The notes under the pieces: generated by a model
Told to the model about the DNA's origin: nothing
The model's database searches: none
The model's input: only the letters and a program-made list of their open reading frames with translations
Made by a program: the position numbers and the translations under genes
Shown here: piece after piece, positions 53,551-54,211 of the stretch
Layout: each line of letters starts with the position of its first letter
Position numbering within the stretch: the stretch's first letter is position 1
Assembly: GCA_002256025.1 (NCBI GenBank)
Contig: NKIB01007262.1
Coordinates: forward strand, 62,001-116,211
Direction: 5' to 3'
Source: Asterionella formosa
Taxonomy: Eukaryota
Length of the DNA: 54,211 bases

Positions 53551-53815
53551 TTTCGCTGTGTATAAATAAAAGTCATAATTTTTGGTAATAAAGAAGTCAC
53601 AATTCTCTACGAACAACATTCAAGTATATATAGTCGACGTATTTCTTTTATGGGCAGTACCAGATAAGCGTATTGCTAGCTGTGTAAGAATAAGGAATGT
53701 GTGCAGCTGCTTCATAAATTAAGAGCGATACTCACGTAACGACAGTCTACTATTATTTCTATTGGCTAAGCATTTAGGCGCGAGATTTGACTAATATAAA
53801 ATTTCGACTCTATTG

Positions 53816-54211
53816 AGAGCATCGCCACCGCATCGACCAAATACCAAAGCCAATTGCAGTTGAAAATATCAATACACGTCACTTGGTTGAGAAAGTTTTT
53901 ATCAATAGTCGAATTTTTCATTTTTTTCCCCACTGCATCGACCAAATCCTAGAATAGTCAAATCTCGCGCCGAAACTTTTAGCGAATAGAAATAGCACTA
54001 GAATGTTATTTCATGTGTATCGTTATATTAATAAACCCGATTACTACCAATAAGAAAATGATGGGACGCACTGCGTAGTTTGTGGTAGCATACCAGGGTA
54101 CTCATCCATATGTATCTGCCTGATGAAATGAGCAACGATAGCGACTCATCAGATGACGACCGCTCCTACACTTCCGTACATACCAGTTAAACATATACAG
54201 GAAGAAAACGA
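53816..54211 (+). mobile_element. 5' end of a second copy of the same Harbinger family, inverted relative to the first
   Basis: Starts with TIR-like AGAGCATCGCCACCGCATCGACCAAAT. ATGAGCAACGATAGCGACTCATCAGATGAC (54128-) is the near-identical reverse complement of 53521-53550. Confidence 0.7.

Overview
Eukaryotic nuclear DNA, most likely from a diatom (inferred from short GT-AG introns, Ty1/copia remnants resembling diatom CoDi elements, and a silaffin-like gene). Host genes: a ROD/KNTC1-like kinetochore gene (runs off the left edge), a CRC/tesmin-TSO1 (LIN54-like) gene, a Janus/Ocnus 14-kDa phosphohistidine phosphatase, CPSF160, tRNA-Glu(UUC), and a two-exon secreted Lys/Ser/Gly-rich silaffin/cingulin-like gene (46268-47093). 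The ORF track does not translate the repeat exon of that gene in its correct frame, and it is the most interesting item. The rest is mostly decayed transposons (Ty1/copia, PIF/Harbinger, Plavaka-like, LINE, tyrosine-recombinase retroelement, Tc1-like), two adjacent ~190-bp tandem arrays, a dispersed 60-bp (20-aa) repeat family and GGTACC-rich clusters near genes. All homology calls come from motif recognition by eye, not from database searches.
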